A stretch of DNA of 63,321 nt, the filler included, from Octopus bimaculoides (lineage: Eukaryota), in NCBI RefSeq assembly GCF_001194135.2. It is 4 parts of 4 records of this genome, joined end to end, with 100 filler letters (N's around TTAATTAATTAA, not from the genome) between each part and the next. Parts side by side here need not be neighbours in the genome. Positions count along the whole stretch, not along the records: positions 58,136 to 63,321 come from NC_068986.1; 3 more parts are not named here. The stretch is one strand, 5' to 3'. Within the stretch, counting starts at the first letter, position 1; each line of letters begins with the position of its first letter. The translations under genes were made by a program, and so were the position numbers. The notes beneath the pieces were generated by a model. It worked only from the letters and a program-made list of their open reading frames with translations, was not told the origin of the DNA and did no database searches. Positions 63,001 through 63,321 of the stretch are shown one piece after another.

Positions 63001-63321
63001 GTAGTATATTGCCACTTAAGTGTGGCTGACCCCTAGGGGTGGATGTTACTGTTGCTTTTAGCCCCAGGAGGACATCTCCTCCAGCTGGCTTATCGACACA
63101 CTACTGTGTCCTGTTTGCCAAGGGAAGTTATCCATCCCATCATGATCCGTAGCACGAACGGACCCGGACGGACACTTTATCGTGCAGTTACTGTTAATAC
63201 TTCATTTAGAGAATTAACATTGCTTGTTTTCACCTTTTCGATATCAGTAAAGAATTTAACTGGAAAAGTAGATATAAGATTGCCAAGATTTTATCTCTCT
63301 CATCAAAGATCAGTGGCTATC

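Noticed and set aside
10292-63015. Numerous ORFs rich in YI, CV, HT, poly-I/L/M or X
   Set aside because: They are translations of microsatellites and N gaps.
63060-63259. Cadherin-like ATDHDG string and a minus-strand acceptor at 63259
   Set aside because: The motif is in a different frame from the acceptor-linked reading, which ends in a stop, and it lies in GC-rich repeat-like sequence. This is too weak to call an exon.

Overview
AT-rich, repeat-dense animal genomic DNA from a draft assembly, with roughly 7 kb of N gaps. The SINE and LINE families look like those of octopus; that is my recognition, not a search result. There are no prokaryotic operons, CRISPR arrays, rRNA or intact tRNA genes, and most listed ORFs are microsatellite or gap artefacts. 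The window contains (i) seven decayed mariner copies, (ii) an RT-less Tx1/L1-like LINE, (iii) a Penelope-like element (RT + GIY-YIG) with 435-bp direct terminal repeats, split by a mariner, (iv) many R4/Dong-type RLE LINE pieces stacked at (TAA)n tracts, (v) an RTE remnant split by a hAT MITE, (vi) four SINE-like families and several MITEs/hairpins, and (vii) two probable host-gene exons on the minus strand (54471-54597 and 56416-56644) in a CpG-depleted block. The most interesting signal is five hammerhead-ribozyme motifs from three families. One family sits in both Penelope terminal repeats and has an 80-nt AT-rich loop in stem II; each copy carries different defects, but their consensus is an intact hammerhead. 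All alignments and folds were done by eye, and some element boundaries are approximate.
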